64,000 bases of DNA from Spirochaetaceae bacterium (GCA_051531975.1 JAOPTT010000010.1:96001-160000); one strand, 5' to 3'; shown: positions 17,609 to 29,076, numbered from the stretch's first letter. The notes: generated from the letters alone by a model not told the origin. Program-made: numbers and translations.

Positions 17609-19290
17609 TATTCCCCTTAAAAATGAGAAAAATTACAGCTATATTATTAAAAGAATATGGTGATGATATGGCAAAATCCCTTTTGGATATTGGTGTTATA
17701 GATTTTATTAACCCAGAAAATATGGAAACAAAGGATAATCTAAAATCTCTAGAATTATTAAAAGATCGAATAGATATATTTCTAAATATGATTCCTGGAA
17801 ACAAAGACAGCAAAAACTTAAGTATGGAAGATCTAACTATAATAGATTCTCCAATGGTTATTAAGTTTCTAGATACTCTAAATGATAAATTAAAACATAT
17901 TAGAAAAGAGCAAAAACAGATACAGGAAAAGATTTTATCCCTAGAAGAGATAGAGAGACAAACCAAACTAATACCTGGGGATATACCCTCTGATGCCTCA
18001 TCAGATATTGAAGAGTTAAGACAGAATCAGTTAATATTAAATGACAAAACATTAGAAACTGTAGAATCACATAAAGATGAATTATTAAAAATATCAAGGG
18101 AACTAAAGACTAATATTATATATATTCAGATTCAAACTAGTTTTGTACAAACCGATAGTACATTTATCTTTTCTGGGTGGATACCTGAGATTAATATAAA
18201 AAAACTTGAAAATAGATTAAACGACATTACATCTAATAACTACTATTTAAAATTATCAGACGAGATAGAGGACATACCTGTTGAACTCTCCTCCCCAGGT
18301 ATACTTAATCCATTTAAAAAAATAGTGGAGAACTACTCGCTTCCAGATTATGGAACCATAGATCCTACAATATTTACAGCCTTCACCTACATGATAATGT
18401 TTGGATTAATGTTTGCAGATGCAGGACATGGTTTTGTTATATTAACAATAGGTTTATTAGGAATAAAATTTATTAAAGGTAAATATAATCATATATATCA
18501 GTTAATGATCTGGTGTGGATTTTCAGCAATAATATTTGGAATACTTTTTGGATCATATTTTGGTATGAAATGGTTTAATCCTATCTGGTTTGATTACCAC
18601 GGAATTATCTCGGGAGAGTCCCATGGTGATTCAGAAATAAACACTATTTTTGGTGTACTTGGAGTAACCGTCTATTTTGGCATATTTGTTATATATCTTG
18701 GTCTTGTAATGAACTGGGTAAATCTATTTATTCAAAAGAGATGGATCAGACTGTTTTTTGCTAAAGAGGGAATCCTTGGTGGCTGGATATATGGAGCAGG
18801 AATATATACAGCACGTTTTTTTATAATAAATGATTACAAATCCCTACCAGATCCGGTTTTACTGTTTTTTATTATTATGTTACCTACACTTCTGCTATTT
18901 GTGAAAGCACCTCTTGAATCTAGAGATGAAAAGTTTTCAGCTAGCCTAATTACAGATTTTATAATGGACGGGATTGTACAAGTCCTTGAAATGTTTACAG
19001 GCTACCTCTCAAACACCCTATCTTTTATGAGGATTGCAGGCCTTGGAATAGCACATATAAGTCTCATGATCGCATTTTTTCAGATTGCCCAGTCAGTAAA
19101 CAATACCTTTATATCAATAATCATCCTTATATTAGGAAATGCCTTAGTAATAACACTGGAAGGACTATCAGCTGGAATACAGTCATTAAGGTTAAATTAT
19201 TATGAATTTTACTCAAAATATTTTAATGGGAAAGGTCGGGGTTTTAATCCGCTATCCCTAGGTTATATAAAAAAGAAGGAGTCAATATGA
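17605..19290 (+). CDS. atpI: V/A-type ATPase subunit I (a)
   Basis: YSLPDYGTIDPT, FGLMFADAGHG, LSNTLSFMRIAGL and IQSLRLNYYEFYSKYF. Confidence 0.93.
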   Translation: MIFPLKMRKITAILLKEYGDDMAKSLLDIGVIDFINPENMETKDNLKSLELLKDRIDIFLNMIPGNKDSKNLSMEDLTIIDSPMVIKFLDTLNDKLKHIRKEQKQIQEKILSLEEIERQTKLIPGDIPSDASSDIEELRQNQLILNDKTLETVESHKDELLKISRELKTNIIYIQIQTSFVQTDSTFIFSGWIPEINIKKLENRLNDITSNNYYLKLSDEIEDIPVELSSPGILNPFKKIVENYSLPDYGTIDPTIFTAFTYMIMFGLMFADAGHGFVILTIGLLGIKFIKGKYNHIYQLMIWCGFSAIIFGILFGSYFGMKWFNPIWFDYHGIISGESHGDSEINTIFGVLGVTVYFGIFVIYLGLVMNWVNLFIQKRWIRLFFAKEGILGGWIYGAGIYTARFFIINDYKSLPDPVLLFFIIMLPTLLLFVKAPLESRDEKFSASLITDFIMDGIVQVLEMFTGYLSNTLSFMRIAGLGIAHISLMIAFFQIAQSVNNTFISIIILILGNALVITLEGLSAGIQSLRLNYYEFYSKYFNGKGRGFNPLSLGYIKKKESI

Positions 19291-19655
19291 ATATAAAATC
19301 ATTTAAGAAGAGAGTTAGTATTAGCTTTTTTATTACAGCAGGATTTATGATAGTTTTTTCATTTTTAACACCAACTCCAGTTTCAGCAGAAACCAGTGAA
19401 AAGAGTGTTGTAGTAGCTAATGAACAAGTGGAAAATGTTATGGCAAAAAAATGGGCATTTATATCAGCAGCTATTGCTTTTGGTTTAGGTGCTATTGGTG
19501 CAGCTATTGCAATATCCAACGTTGGAGCTGCAGCTATGGGTGCCATGAGTGAAAAGCCTGAAATAGGTTCCCAGGCACTTATTTTTATAGCATTAGCCGA
19601 AGGTCTGGTTGTATTTGGATTTATTACCGCTTTAATGATACTGAGCAGGATTTAA
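19287..19655 (+). CDS. atpK: V/A-type ATPase proteolipid subunit K (c)
   Basis: Signal-like N-terminus and a single hairpin GAIGAAIAI...EKPE...ALAEGLVVFG. Confidence 0.9.
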   Translation: MNIKSFKKRVSISFFITAGFMIVFSFLTPTPVSAETSEKSVVVANEQVENVMAKKWAFISAAIAFGLGAIGAAIAISNVGAAAMGAMSEKPEIGSQALIFIALAEGLVVFGFITALMILSRI

Positions 19656-19656
19656 C

Positions 19657-19962
19657 ATGAAATATTTTGTTATTGGAGATGATGATACAGTACTTGGTTT
19701 CTCTTTAGTTGGTGTTGAAGGTATAACAGCAAAAACATCTGCCGAAGTAAAAGATGCATTTAACAGAGCTTTAAGTAATAGTAATTATGGAATAATCATT
19801 ATTACAGATAGGTGTGCTGAATTAATAAGAGAAGAGGTAAATAACTTTCTTTTTACACAAACATTTCCATTAATATTAGAAATTCAAGATAAAAACGGTC
19901 CTATTACTGGTAAACCTAGTCTAAAAGAGATTGTAGACCAGGCTATTGGAATTAAACTATGA
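19657..19962 (+). CDS. atpF: V/A-type ATPase subunit F
   Basis: VIGDDDTVLGFSLVGV, PLILEI and QAIGIKL. Confidence 0.92.
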   Translation: MKYFVIGDDDTVLGFSLVGVEGITAKTSAEVKDAFNRALSNSNYGIIIITDRCAELIREEVNNFLFTQTFPLILEIQDKNGPITGKPSLKEIVDQAIGIKL

Positions 19963-20591
19963 CAAAAGAAGAACTATCTGCAGGTATAATTGAAAAAGCT
20001 CGTATAGAAGCAGATGAAATTATATTAACTGCTGAAAAATCCTCTGGGATTAAAATAGAGAACAATGAAAAGAGATTAAACCGGCAGTTTAACGATGCAA
20101 AATTAAAAGCAGAGAAAGTTAAAAAAATCACATATTCTAAACAAGAAAAACTGACATCAATGTATATTAACCGTTACAAACTTAAGGATAGAGAAGATTT
20201 TATTGATAAAATAACTAAGGTCGTTATTGATAAAATAAATGACAAAATTCGATCCCCTGAATATATAATGCATCTGGAAAATCTAATTTTAGAGGGAGCT
20301 CTTGGACTTAATAGATCTAAAATGTATCTAAATAGTTCTAAAGAGGAGTTAAATCTTTTGTCATCTGAATCACTTAAAAATATAGGTAATAAAGCTTCTG
20401 GGATTCTTGGAGTAGATGTAGAAATATTACTTTCAAAAGATAAACCTCTGTCTACTAAAGGAATTATATTAATAAGTGAAGATGGCAGAGTCTCATACAA
20501 TAATCTTATAAAAAGTAGAATTAAGCGTAAACAGGAAATTATAAATGAGCTAATAGCAAGATCATTGGATATGGTGAACAACCATGAATGA
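19959..20591 (+). CDS. atpE: V/A-type ATPase subunit E
   Basis: N-terminal coiled coil and GIILISEDGRVSYNN. Operon position. Confidence 0.85.
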   Translation: MTKEELSAGIIEKARIEADEIILTAEKSSGIKIENNEKRLNRQFNDAKLKAEKVKKITYSKQEKLTSMYINRYKLKDREDFIDKITKVVIDKINDKIRSPEYIMHLENLILEGALGLNRSKMYLNSSKEELNLLSSESLKNIGNKASGILGVDVEILLSKDKPLSTKGIILISEDGRVSYNNLIKSRIKRKQEIINELIARSLDMVNNHE

Positions 20592-22353
20592 TAAAATAAT
20601 TGGAGTAATTAAGAGGGTAAACGGCCCTGTTATTACAGCTGAGTCTGTTACAGATGCCATGATGCTTGAACATATACAAGCTGGTGAAAATAGATTAATA
20701 GGTGAAATTGTAAAACTATCAGGGGACGAAGCATTAATTCAGATATATGAAGATACAACAGGTTTATCACCTGGAGATTTTATCTACGGTTCATCTACCC
20801 CGCTTTCAGTAGAACTTGGCCCTGGACTTTTAGGCTCCATCTTTGATGGTATACAGAGACCACTACAAGGTGAAGAAAAAAACACAAGTGACTACATAGA
20901 AAAAGGTGTGGTAATACCTCCCCTACCTAGAAAAAAGCTTTGGCACTTTATTCCAACTGTTAAACCCGGGGATAACATTTCTGAAGGTATGATAATTGGA
21001 ACTGTTAGAGAGTCTAAAAGTATAGATCATAAAATATTAATCCCCCCTTTTATAAAAGGAAAACTTATATGGCTAGTAGAAGAAGGAGATTATCACATAG
21101 AAGATGTTATTGGTCAGGTTGATAATGGTAGTGATAAAATATCAATTTTTATGAAACATAACTGGTCCATTAGAAAACCCCGTCCTGTTTCAAATAGATT
21201 AGCTTTGGAAACCCCATTAATTACTGGTCAGAGGGTAATAGATACTCTATATCCTTTAGCAAAAGGTGGAACAGTTGCAATCCCAGGTGGTTTTGGAACT
21301 GGAAAAACCATGGTTCAGCATTCTATAGCTAAAAATTGTGATGCAGATATTATAATCTATATAGGTTGTGGAGAGAGAGGAAACGAGATGACCGATGTTT
21401 TAACAAGTTTCCCTAAACTCATTGACCCTAAAACAGGTAACCCATTAATGGATAGGACAATATTAATTGCAAATACATCTAATATGCCAGTCTCAGCCAG
21501 AGAGGCAAGTATATACACAGGGGTTACAATAGCAGAATATTATAGGGATCAGGGGTTTCATGTAGCAGTTATGGCGGATTCTACTTCTAGATGGGCTGAA
21601 GCTTTAAGAGAGTTATCAGGTAGAATGGAAGAGATGCCTGCAGAAGAGGGATTCCCAGCCTATCTTCCTACAAAAATTGCACAATTTTACGAGAGAGCAG
21701 GATATATGGCAACACTATGTGGTAAGACAGGTTCTGTTACTATAATAGGTGCTGTTTCCCCTCCTGGAGGTGACTTCTCAGAGCCTGTAACACAACATAC
21801 AAAACGGTTTGTAAGATGTTTCTGGAGCCTTGATAAACAGTTGGCTTATTCAAGACACTACCCTGCAATATCCTGGCTTGATAGTTATAGTGAATATGTT
21901 AGTGAAATTACAGGATGGTGGGTAGAGAAAGCCGGAAATGGCTGGACAGATAATAGAACCACCATATTAGAACTATTAAGAAAAGAGGTAAAACTTAAAC
22001 AGATAGTAAAACTTGTAGGACCAGATGCACTACCGGACAGTCAAAGGTTTATAATAGAGGTATGTACACTGTTTAAAAATGCATTTCTTCAGCAGAATAT
22101 TTTTGATGATATAGATAGATATACCACAGTAGAGAAACAGATGAGAATGTTAGAGATTATCCTGCTTTATAATAAAAGAGGATCAGAGATAATAAAAAAA
22201 GGTATACCAATAGTTAAGATTAGAAAAATTAAAATACTTCAGGATATTATGAAGATGAGATTTACTGTGGAAAATAGTGATCTGGCCTCCCTTGATAAGA
22301 TAGAGATGCGTTTAATACGGGCTTTTGATAGGTTGGAGGGAATTCATGGATGA
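20584..22353 (+). CDS. atpA: V/A-type ATPase subunit A
   Basis: Walker [31 protein letters not shown] and [10 protein letters not shown]. Confidence 0.97.
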   Translation: MNDKIIGVIKRVNGPVITAESVTDAMMLEHIQAGENRLIGEIVKLSGDEALIQIYEDTTGLSPGDFIYGSSTPLSVELGPGLLGSIFDGIQRPLQGEEKNTSDYIEKGVVIPPLPRKKLWHFIPTVKPGDNISEGMIIGTVRESKSIDHKILIPPFIKGKLIWLVEEGDYHIEDVIGQVDNGSDKISIFMKHNWSIRKPRPVSNRLALETPLITGQRVIDTLYPLAKGGTVAIPGGFGTGKTMVQHSIAKNCDADIIIYIGCGERGNEMTDVLTSFPKLIDPKTGNPLMDRTILIANTSNMPVSAREASIYTGVTIAEYYRDQGFHVAVMADSTSRWAEALRELSGRMEEMPAEEGFPAYLPTKIAQFYERAGYMATLCGKTGSVTIIGAVSPPGGDFSEPVTQHTKRFVRCFWSLDKQLAYSRHYPAISWLDSYSEYVSEITGWWVEKAGNGWTDNRTTILELLRKEVKLKQIVKLVGPDALPDSQRFIIEVCTLFKNAFLQQNIFDDIDRYTTVEKQMRMLEIILLYNKRGSEIIKKGIPIVKIRKIKILQDIMKMRFTVENSDLASLDKIEMRLIRAFDRLEGIHG

Positions 22354-23755
22354 TAAACTAAAAGGTTTATTAAAAGAACTTAAAAAAGGTCGGGAATATA
22401 TAGGTGTTTCCAAAATTGACGGCCCTCTGATTTTTGTGGAAAAAACTGACCCTGTTGGATATCGAGAGTTGGTTGAAGTTATAGACCGTGAAGGTAATCT
22501 TCGTAAAGGAATGGTATTAGAAACATCAAAAGATATTGTTGTTGTACAGGTCTTTGATGGAACCTCTGGTTTAACAATAAACCAGACAAATGTACGGTTT
22601 ATGGGGGAGCCATTAAGTATTAAAGTCTCGGATGAGATGTTAGGACGTGTATTTAATGGTTTAGGAATCCCAAGGGACGGAGGTCCTATTCCAACAAAGG
22701 GTGAAAAAACTGATATTAACGGCCGTGCAATTAATCCTGTTTCCAGGTTATACCCAAGAAACTTTATACAGACAGGAATATCTGTTATCGACGGTATGAA
22801 TACGTTAATAAGAGGACAAAAACTTCCTATATTTTCCGGAAACGGTTTACCACATAATGAAGTTGCAGCCCAGATAGCAAGACAGGCTACCCTATTACAG
22901 GATAATGATGACTTTGTTATAGTTTTTGCAGCCATGGGTGTAAAACATGATGTTGCACGATATTTTGTAAACTCATTTGAAGAGTCTGGTGTTATAAACA
23001 AGGTTGCACTTTTTTTATCCCTTGCAGATGACCCGTCTATTGAGAGATTAATTACTCCAAGGTCAGCGTTAACCCTGGCTGAACACCTGGCTTTTAAACA
23101 GGGTAAACACGTATTGGTAATAATGACAGATATGACAAACTACTGTGAATCATTAAGGGAGATATCTACATTAAGAGGTGAAATCCCATCAAGAAAGGGA
23201 TACCCCGGATATTTATACTCAGATTTAGCAGAACTTTATGAGAGGTCAGGAATGATTAAAGGTATTCCAGGTTCAATTACCCAGATACCAATACTCTCTA
23301 TGCCAAACGATGATATATCCCACCCTATTCCGGATTTAACTGGATATATAACAGAAGGCCAGATAGTTTTTCAGCGGGAACTATTTGGTAGAAGTATCTA
23401 TCCACCAATTGCTGGTCTTCCATCCCTATCTAGATTAATGAAGGATGGAATTGGAGAGGATTTAACAAGAAGTGATCATAACCATTTAGCAAGCCAGCTG
23501 TTTGCATCTTACAGTTACGTAAATGAAGTTAGAAACTTAGCATCTGTAATTGGAATTGAAGAGTTAACTGAACTGGATAGACAGTATATAGAATTTGGAG
23601 AAGAGTTTGAGAGAAGGTTTGTATCCCAGGGTCAAAATGAGAACAGAACTATTATTCAGACCTTAGATCTTGCATGGGAGTTATTATCAATCCTGCCAAT
23701 TGAGGAGTTAACTAGAGTCTCTACTGAGGAACTGGAAGAGTATTATGGACAGTAA
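22346..23755 (+). CDS. atpB: V/A-type ATPase subunit B
   Basis: [33 protein letters not shown] and [18 protein letters not shown] at 22346 follows GGAGGG. Confidence 0.97.
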   Translation: MDDKLKGLLKELKKGREYIGVSKIDGPLIFVEKTDPVGYRELVEVIDREGNLRKGMVLETSKDIVVVQVFDGTSGLTINQTNVRFMGEPLSIKVSDEMLGRVFNGLGIPRDGGPIPTKGEKTDINGRAINPVSRLYPRNFIQTGISVIDGMNTLIRGQKLPIFSGNGLPHNEVAAQIARQATLLQDNDDFVIVFAAMGVKHDVARYFVNSFEESGVINKVALFLSLADDPSIERLITPRSALTLAEHLAFKQGKHVLVIMTDMTNYCESLREISTLRGEIPSRKGYPGYLYSDLAELYERSGMIKGIPGSITQIPILSMPNDDISHPIPDLTGYITEGQIVFQRELFGRSIYPPIAGLPSLSRLMKDGIGEDLTRSDHNHLASQLFASYSYVNEVRNLASVIGIEELTELDRQYIEFGEEFERRFVSQGQNENRTIIQTLDLAWELLSILPIEELTRVSTEELEEYYGQ

Positions 23756-24374
23756 TACAGCTCCTACAAAAAGTAATCTCTTAAGATTAAAGGACGAACT
23801 AAAATTTGCAAATGTTGGTTTTGATCTATTGGATCAGAAAAAAAAGATATTAATTAATGAAATGTTAAGCCTAATAGATTCAGCTATTGAATACGAGGAC
23901 AAGGTGAACGAATCTTTAAGTAAGGCATATTTTTCACTACAGGAGGCTGTATTAAAAATGGGCAGATTAAAAGTTTCACATTTAGCCAGTGTTATTAATG
24001 TACAATCAGAGATAAAACTGGATTCTAGAAAAGTTATGGGAGTCAGGTTACCGGTTGTTAATACTGAATTTGAGAATCATGGGCCATATTTTAGTCCATT
24101 TGGTACAGAGTGGTGGATTGATAGTTCATTAGAGATTTTTAAAGAGACTTTAAGTTATTTAGGACAACTATCAGAGCTAAAAATATCTATAATGAAACTT
24201 GCAGGGGAAGTAAAAAAAACAATTAGAAAAGTTAATGCACTTGAAAAAATTGCTATTCCTGATCTTTCAAAATCTGTACATCAGATTGAAAATAGGCTGG
24301 AAGAGAATGAGAGAGAAAATTTTATAATCATGAAAATGATAAAAGATAAATTACAATCGGAGAAGGGATTATGA
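23745..24374 (+). CDS. atpD: V/A-type ATPase subunit D
   Basis: [18 protein letters not shown] and [15 protein letters not shown]. Confidence 0.95.
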   Translation: MDSNTAPTKSNLLRLKDELKFANVGFDLLDQKKKILINEMLSLIDSAIEYEDKVNESLSKAYFSLQEAVLKMGRLKVSHLASVINVQSEIKLDSRKVMGVRLPVVNTEFENHGPYFSPFGTEWWIDSSLEIFKETLSYLGQLSELKISIMKLAGEVKKTIRKVNALEKIAIPDLSKSVHQIENRLEENERENFIIMKMIKDKLQSEKGL

Positions 24375-24859
24375 GTGAACCGATTAAAAATATTATGGTA
24401 TATCTTGATGGAACTGAGCAATCAATTACAGCAGTACAATATGCAATAATATTATCAAAGGAAACGGGCGCAGAATTAACAGGTATATATGTTGTAAATA
24501 CCAGAGCATTAAACGATCTGGTAAAATCACACATATTTATTAAATCAGAGCAGGATGAATATCATTCTGATTTAGATTCAGATGCTGATAAATATCTGGA
24601 TTATTTTAAAGAGTTGGCTACTAATAAAAACCTTAGTGTAAAAACTATTAAAGAGAGTGGTTCTGTTTTAACTGTAGTAAAGGATATAATTAAAAAGGAA
24701 AAAATTGATCTTTTAATTATTGGAGAGCTTTCAAGAATTAGAAGTCGACGGGACGAGTTTTTTTCCGATACTGAAAAACTTATGAGACAGGCGACCTGTT
24801 CTGTTTTAATTGTAAAAGATGAAGATTTAGTCGATGATATATATGAAGCAACAAAATAG
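24371..24859 (+). CDS. Universal stress protein (Usp)
   Basis: IKNIMVYLDGTEQS, DLLIIG and ATCSVLIVK. Confidence 0.9.
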   Translation: MSEPIKNIMVYLDGTEQSITAVQYAIILSKETGAELTGIYVVNTRALNDLVKSHIFIKSEQDEYHSDLDSDADKYLDYFKELATNKNLSVKTIKESGSVLTVVKDIIKKEKIDLLIIGELSRIRSRRDEFFSDTEKLMRQATCSVLIVKDEDLVDDIYEATK

Positions 24860-24868
24860 GATGAAAAA

Positions 24869-25318
24869 ATGGCACTACTTGAATTAATTGATAATAAAAT
24901 AGTAAAGACCCCACTGGTTTCTGATAATAAAATTGATGTAATAAAAGAACTGTTAACTATATTAGTAGATGCTGGTAAGTTAACAGATATTGATACCGCT
25001 GTAGAAGCTATTCTTGAAAGAGAGGATTTAGGTAGTACCGGTTTAACAGATGGTATTGCAATCCCCCATGCAAAAACAAACGTAGTAGATTCGTTAACTA
25101 TTGCAATAGGACTCTCACCAGAGGGTATAGATTTTGAAGCACTGGATGAAAACCCATCAACAATGTTTTTTTTAATACTTGCTCCACCTGATCAGTCTGG
25201 ACCACACCTTCAGGCTCTTACAGAAATTGCTAATGTTGTAAGAAGTAAAGCTTTCTGCAGACTTTTATTAGCATCAACATCCGCTGAAGAAGTGGTGGAA
25301 CTATTTAAGGAAGATTAG
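24869..25318 (+). CDS. PTS EIIA (Ntr/Fru-type) protein
   Basis: EREDLGSTGLTDGIAIPHAK and HLQAL. Confidence 0.92.
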   Translation: MALLELIDNKIVKTPLVSDNKIDVIKELLTILVDAGKLTDIDTAVEAILEREDLGSTGLTDGIAIPHAKTNVVDSLTIAIGLSPEGIDFEALDENPSTMFFLILAPPDQSGPHLQALTEIANVVRSKAFCRLLLASTSAEEVVELFKED

Positions 25319-25329
25319 ATATAAAATAA

Positions 25330-26007
25330 TTAACTACTACTTCTAAGTTTCTCTACTCTACCATTTATCTTTTTTAGAGATATCTTATAAATTAACGACT
25401 TTATTACATTAACCTTGTTATTGTATTTATCTGTTTTGTAAAAGTCCCATGGGTTATCCCACAAACCTAGATCCTCTGTTACTGCATCCATTTGAACAAA
25501 CTTCTCTGTTTCCAAATTAAAACCTGCACTTGATTCCCCACTATCACAGGAAACAGAATAACCTGTAGTCCACCCTTTTTCTGATAGTTTCTTCTTTCCT
25601 GCATTATAGAAGAATATATCGTTAATAAAAGAGTCTATTTTTATCCACCTGTCTTTAACTTTTACCTCTAACCAACTATGTGATATCTCTCTTGGCATAA
25701 GTTTATATATAAAACCAGTAAACAGTCCCTTTTGAATCTCTCTTTTTATATTTGAAAAATGTATTTTTGCTTCAATATCTACAGCTTTGCACATATATAG
25801 AAACAGCGTACTTTTATTATTACATTGCCCAACTTTCCTATTAAGAGTCTCTTCCGGTGTAATAAAATCTCCTTCTTTACAGAAACCAAATTTTATTTCA
25901 TCTCTAACATAATAAAAAAGAGCTTCTAACTTTTTTTCAGTAGTTTTTTGATTTTTAGTTAACTTTAATGCGGTTTCTTTAACTTGATCTTTCACTTTGT
26001 CTTTCAT
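25330..26007 (-). CDS. Transglutaminase-like protein
   Basis: YYVRDEIKFG, GQCNNKS (Cys), HSWLEV (His) and KIDS (Asp). Confidence 0.85.
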   Translation of the reverse strand: MKDKVKDQVKETALKLTKNQKTTEKKLEALFYYVRDEIKFGFCKEGDFITPEETLNRKVGQCNNKSTLFLYMCKAVDIEAKIHFSNIKREIQKGLFTGFIYKLMPREISHSWLEVKVKDRWIKIDSFINDIFFYNAGKKKLSEKGWTTGYSVSCDSGESSAGFNLETEKFVQMDAVTEDLGLWDNPWDFYKTDKYNNKVNVIKSLIYKISLKKINGRVEKLRSSS

Positions 26008-26047
26008 ATTAGATTCTCCTTACTGTTAAGTTATATTAACAAGTAAT

Positions 26048-26782
26048 CTAAGAGAAGAATTGAATAAACTGGCTATGTTTTATAATTTTAGAGCTGTTTA
26101 ATCCAAAATTTGATTTAAATGTCCGGGATAAGTGGGCAGAATCAGAGAATCCTGTTTCGTAAGCAGCATATGTTAAATCTTTTCCAGTACATATAAGTTT
26201 TATAGCATCCTTTAATCTTAACCAGAGCAGATATTTTCTTAAAGGAAGACCTACTTCTTCCTTAAAAAGATGTATAAGTCTACCCTCTGATAGTCCTACT
26301 TCTTTAGAAAGAACAGAAATAGATATCTTCTTTTCTAGACTTTTATCAATTATCTTTAAAGCTGTAATTATTCTTGAATCTTTAGTAGAACAAATACAAC
26401 TTTTAGGAATAGAAATAACCTGTAATATCCCACTAATAAATGTTTTTGCACTGTTTATATCCTTAACAGCCGGTAGATGAGCTTCTTTTTCCAGACTTTT
26501 AAAGGCTGAACCTTCTAATATTTTTTGAGAGATATGCCCAGATATACTTGATTCGTTATCAATTAAAAAGGTGACTAATTTATTAGCTGAAAATTCTACA
26601 GAGTGTTCTACATTACTATTAACAATTAAAAACGAACTAATTATTGTCTGATTATTTACTTTGAATTTAACTGGTTTATTACATATAAAAAACTGTATTG
26701 CATTGTGGCTATGACTTTTAACAGGACCTAACACTCCCTGTAACAACATATAATAGTCATATATAAATATAAAGTTCTTCAT
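26048..26782 (-). CDS. AraC family transcriptional regulator
   Basis: LSEGRLIHLFKEEVG and AAYETGFSDSAHLSRTFK. N-terminal HSHNAIQ. Confidence 0.92.
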   Translation of the reverse strand: MKNFIFIYDYYMLLQGVLGPVKSHSHNAIQFFICNKPVKFKVNNQTIISSFLIVNSNVEHSVEFSANKLVTFLIDNESSISGHISQKILEGSAFKSLEKEAHLPAVKDINSAKTFISGILQVISIPKSCICSTKDSRIITALKIIDKSLEKKISISVLSKEVGLSEGRLIHLFKEEVGLPLRKYLLWLRLKDAIKLICTGKDLTYAAYETGFSDSAHLSRTFKSNFGLNSSKIIKHSQFIQFFS

Positions 26783-26851
26783 TAAATAATTTCCACCTAT
26801 TACAGTATAATAATATATAATAGGTTAATAATAAAATAAAAAGGAAATAAA

Positions 26852-27871
26852 ATGAAAGTATTATTTATAGGTGGAACTGGAACTATTAGTACAGAGATCT
26901 CAAAACAATTAATAGAGTTGGGTACTGATCTGTATATTATAAACAGAGGAAATAGAAATGACATTTTAGGTACAGATGCAGTTAAATATTTAACATGTGA
27001 TATCAACGATGAAGATGTTGTTTCAGGTTTAATTAAGGATTTAACCTTTGATGTGGTTGCAGATTTTATAGCATTTGAACAATCTGCTCTAGAGAGAGAT
27101 TATAGGTTGTTTAAAGATAAAACCAAACAATTTATATTTATAAGTTCCGCCTCTGTTTATCAGAAACCACTTTCAGATTATAGAATTACAGAAGGCACTC
27201 CACTTTCTAATCCATATTGGCAGTATGCACAAAATAAAATAACCTGCGAGGATTATCTAATAAAAATGTATAGAGAAGAAGGTTTTCCTATAACTATAAT
27301 TAGACCAAGCCATACCTACGATGAGAGGTCAATACCCATAGGAGTCCATGGCAACAGTGGCAGCTGGCAGATAGCAAAACGGATGTTAGAAGGTAAACAG
27401 GTGATCATCCATGGGGATGGGACATCTTTATGGACTATGACATCAAATATTGATTTTGCAAATGGTTTTATAGGTTTAATGGGTAATCTACATGCTATTG
27501 GTGAAGCCGTTCAGATAACATCAGATGAATCTTTAACTTGGAACCAGATATATAGATCAATTGCAGATGCTCTAGGTGTAGAGTTAAAACCATATTATGT
27601 TCCATCGGACTTTTTAGATGAAGTTGGTCCCTACGATTTTAAAGGTGGATTAATTGGTGACAAAGCAAATACAGTTGTATTTGATAATAGTAAATTAAAA
27701 CGTCTTGTCCCAGATTTTATTCCAACTATAAGATATGACCAAGGAATTAAAAAGACAATACACCACATACTTAATAACCCAAAACTACAACTCCTAGATC
27801 CAGAATTTGATAGTTGGTGTGATAAAATTATTGAGGTTATGGAAAATGCTAAAAAAAGTATAATAGGTTAA
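26852..27871 (+). CDS. NAD-dependent epimerase/dehydratase (atypical SDR)
   Basis: FIGGTGTIS, ISSASVY, YAQNK and IRPSHTY. Confidence 0.9.
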   Translation: MKVLFIGGTGTISTEISKQLIELGTDLYIINRGNRNDILGTDAVKYLTCDINDEDVVSGLIKDLTFDVVADFIAFEQSALERDYRLFKDKTKQFIFISSASVYQKPLSDYRITEGTPLSNPYWQYAQNKITCEDYLIKMYREEGFPITIIRPSHTYDERSIPIGVHGNSGSWQIAKRMLEGKQVIIHGDGTSLWTMTSNIDFANGFIGLMGNLHAIGEAVQITSDESLTWNQIYRSIADALGVELKPYYVPSDFLDEVGPYDFKGGLIGDKANTVVFDNSKLKRLVPDFIPTIRYDQGIKKTIHHILNNPKLQLLDPEFDSWCDKIIEVMENAKKSIIG

Positions 27872-27874
27872 ATA

Positions 27875-28474
27875 GTGATATTTTCTATAATTTATATACA
27901 CGGATTTGCATCGGTTGGAGACTCTTCTAAAGGTCTGTTATTAAAAAAATCAATTAAAAACCACAATGTATTTTCTCCAACTCTTTCCCCTGATTCAAAA
28001 GTAGCTATAAAACAGATAAAAGAGCTAATATCAAGTAAGGAAAACCCTATATTAATAGGCTCTAGTCTTGGTGGATTTTACGTAGATTATTTTAACACCA
28101 TTTATGGCATACCAGCTATATTAATCAACCCACTAGTAGATTCTACTAAAATTAAAGTTTATATAGGAGAGAATAAAAACCTATATACAGATGAAAGTTT
28201 TGAGTTTACTTTAGAAAGTTATAATTATTTACAGGACCTTAAAACCCAGAAAGAACAATCATCTAATTACAGTGATAGGAAGGCCAATATGTTTATTATG
28301 TTGGCAAAAGATGATGATGTAATAGATTATAAAACAGCTGAGCTTGAATACAACAGTAAAAAACAGACTGTTTATACATATGATACAGGGGGACACCGAT
28401 TTATAAATGATGATGAGGTAATATCTAAAGTAGAAAAGTTAATATCTTATGTTAGAAGTTCTAAAGCTTTTTGA
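27875..28474 (+). CDS. YqiA/YcfP family alpha/beta hydrolase (esterase)
   Basis: YIHGFAS, GSSLGG, LINP, DDVID and GGHRF. Confidence 0.88.
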   Translation: MIFSIIYIHGFASVGDSSKGLLLKKSIKNHNVFSPTLSPDSKVAIKQIKELISSKENPILIGSSLGGFYVDYFNTIYGIPAILINPLVDSTKIKVYIGENKNLYTDESFEFTLESYNYLQDLKTQKEQSSNYSDRKANMFIMLAKDDDVIDYKTAELEYNSKKQTVYTYDTGGHRFINDDEVISKVEKLISYVRSSKAF

Positions 28475-29004
28475 TATTTATTAAGTTCATGTTCATATAC
28501 TATCTTAAGTTCTTCATCATAAACTCCATCGGCTATGGTAAAGTTATTATTAAATCTAGGTAGTATAAAACTTGCAACAATGTTTCCACCCATATGAGGG
28601 AAATATGATTTGGCTTGATTAAATACAGCTTCTCCACCTCTATGTCCAGGAGCTGTGGATAATAAAAACATCGGCTTATTGTCCCAAAGCTTTCTCTTTG
28701 ACGTTGATGCCCAATCAAGAATATTTTTAAATGCAGCAGTATAGGATCCATTATGTTCTGCAAGGGAAATTATAATCCCATCGGACTCTTCTATCATGTG
28801 AACAAAATCTAAGGCTTTTTGTGGAATACCATCTTCTGACTCTTTATCAACACTATAAAGAGGTAGTTCAAAATCTATTATTTTTAACTCTTTAGTGCTT
28901 ACGTTTTGTAACTTCTTTCCTGTATACCTAGCAAGCTCAGCATTAATAGATCTTCGACTACTACTTCCACCAATAACTAATATTCTTTTTATTAATTTAT
29001 TCAT
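28447..29004 (-). CDS. NADPH-dependent FMN reductase
   Basis: GSSSRRSIN, EHNGSYTAAFKNILDW and STAPGHRGG. Confidence 0.9.
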   Translation of the reverse strand: MNKLIKRILVIGGSSSRRSINAELARYTGKKLQNVSTKELKIIDFELPLYSVDKESEDGIPQKALDFVHMIEESDGIIISLAEHNGSYTAAFKNILDWASTSKRKLWDNKPMFLLSTAPGHRGGEAVFNQAKSYFPHMGGNIVASFILPRFNNNFTIADGVYDEELKIVYEHELNKYQKALELLT

Positions 29005-29029
29005 AGTCTTCCCCTTAAAACATACCTAA

Positions 29030-29058
29030 ACTTTAGTGGCAATAATTACTGCTGTCAA
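29030..29058 (-). promoter_or_regulatory. Sigma70-type promoter of the FMN reductase gene with palindromic spacer
   Basis: TTGACA (29058-29053), 17 nt, TAAAGT (29035-29030). Near-palindrome GCAATAATTACTGC at 29039-29052. Confidence 0.6.
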
Positions 29059-29076
29059 CAAGGGGAAGATTATAAG

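Noticed and set aside
17547..24534. Antisense ORFs within the ATPase operon (e.g. 22312..23001)
   Set aside because: They lie fully opposite conserved genes and have no recognisable motifs.
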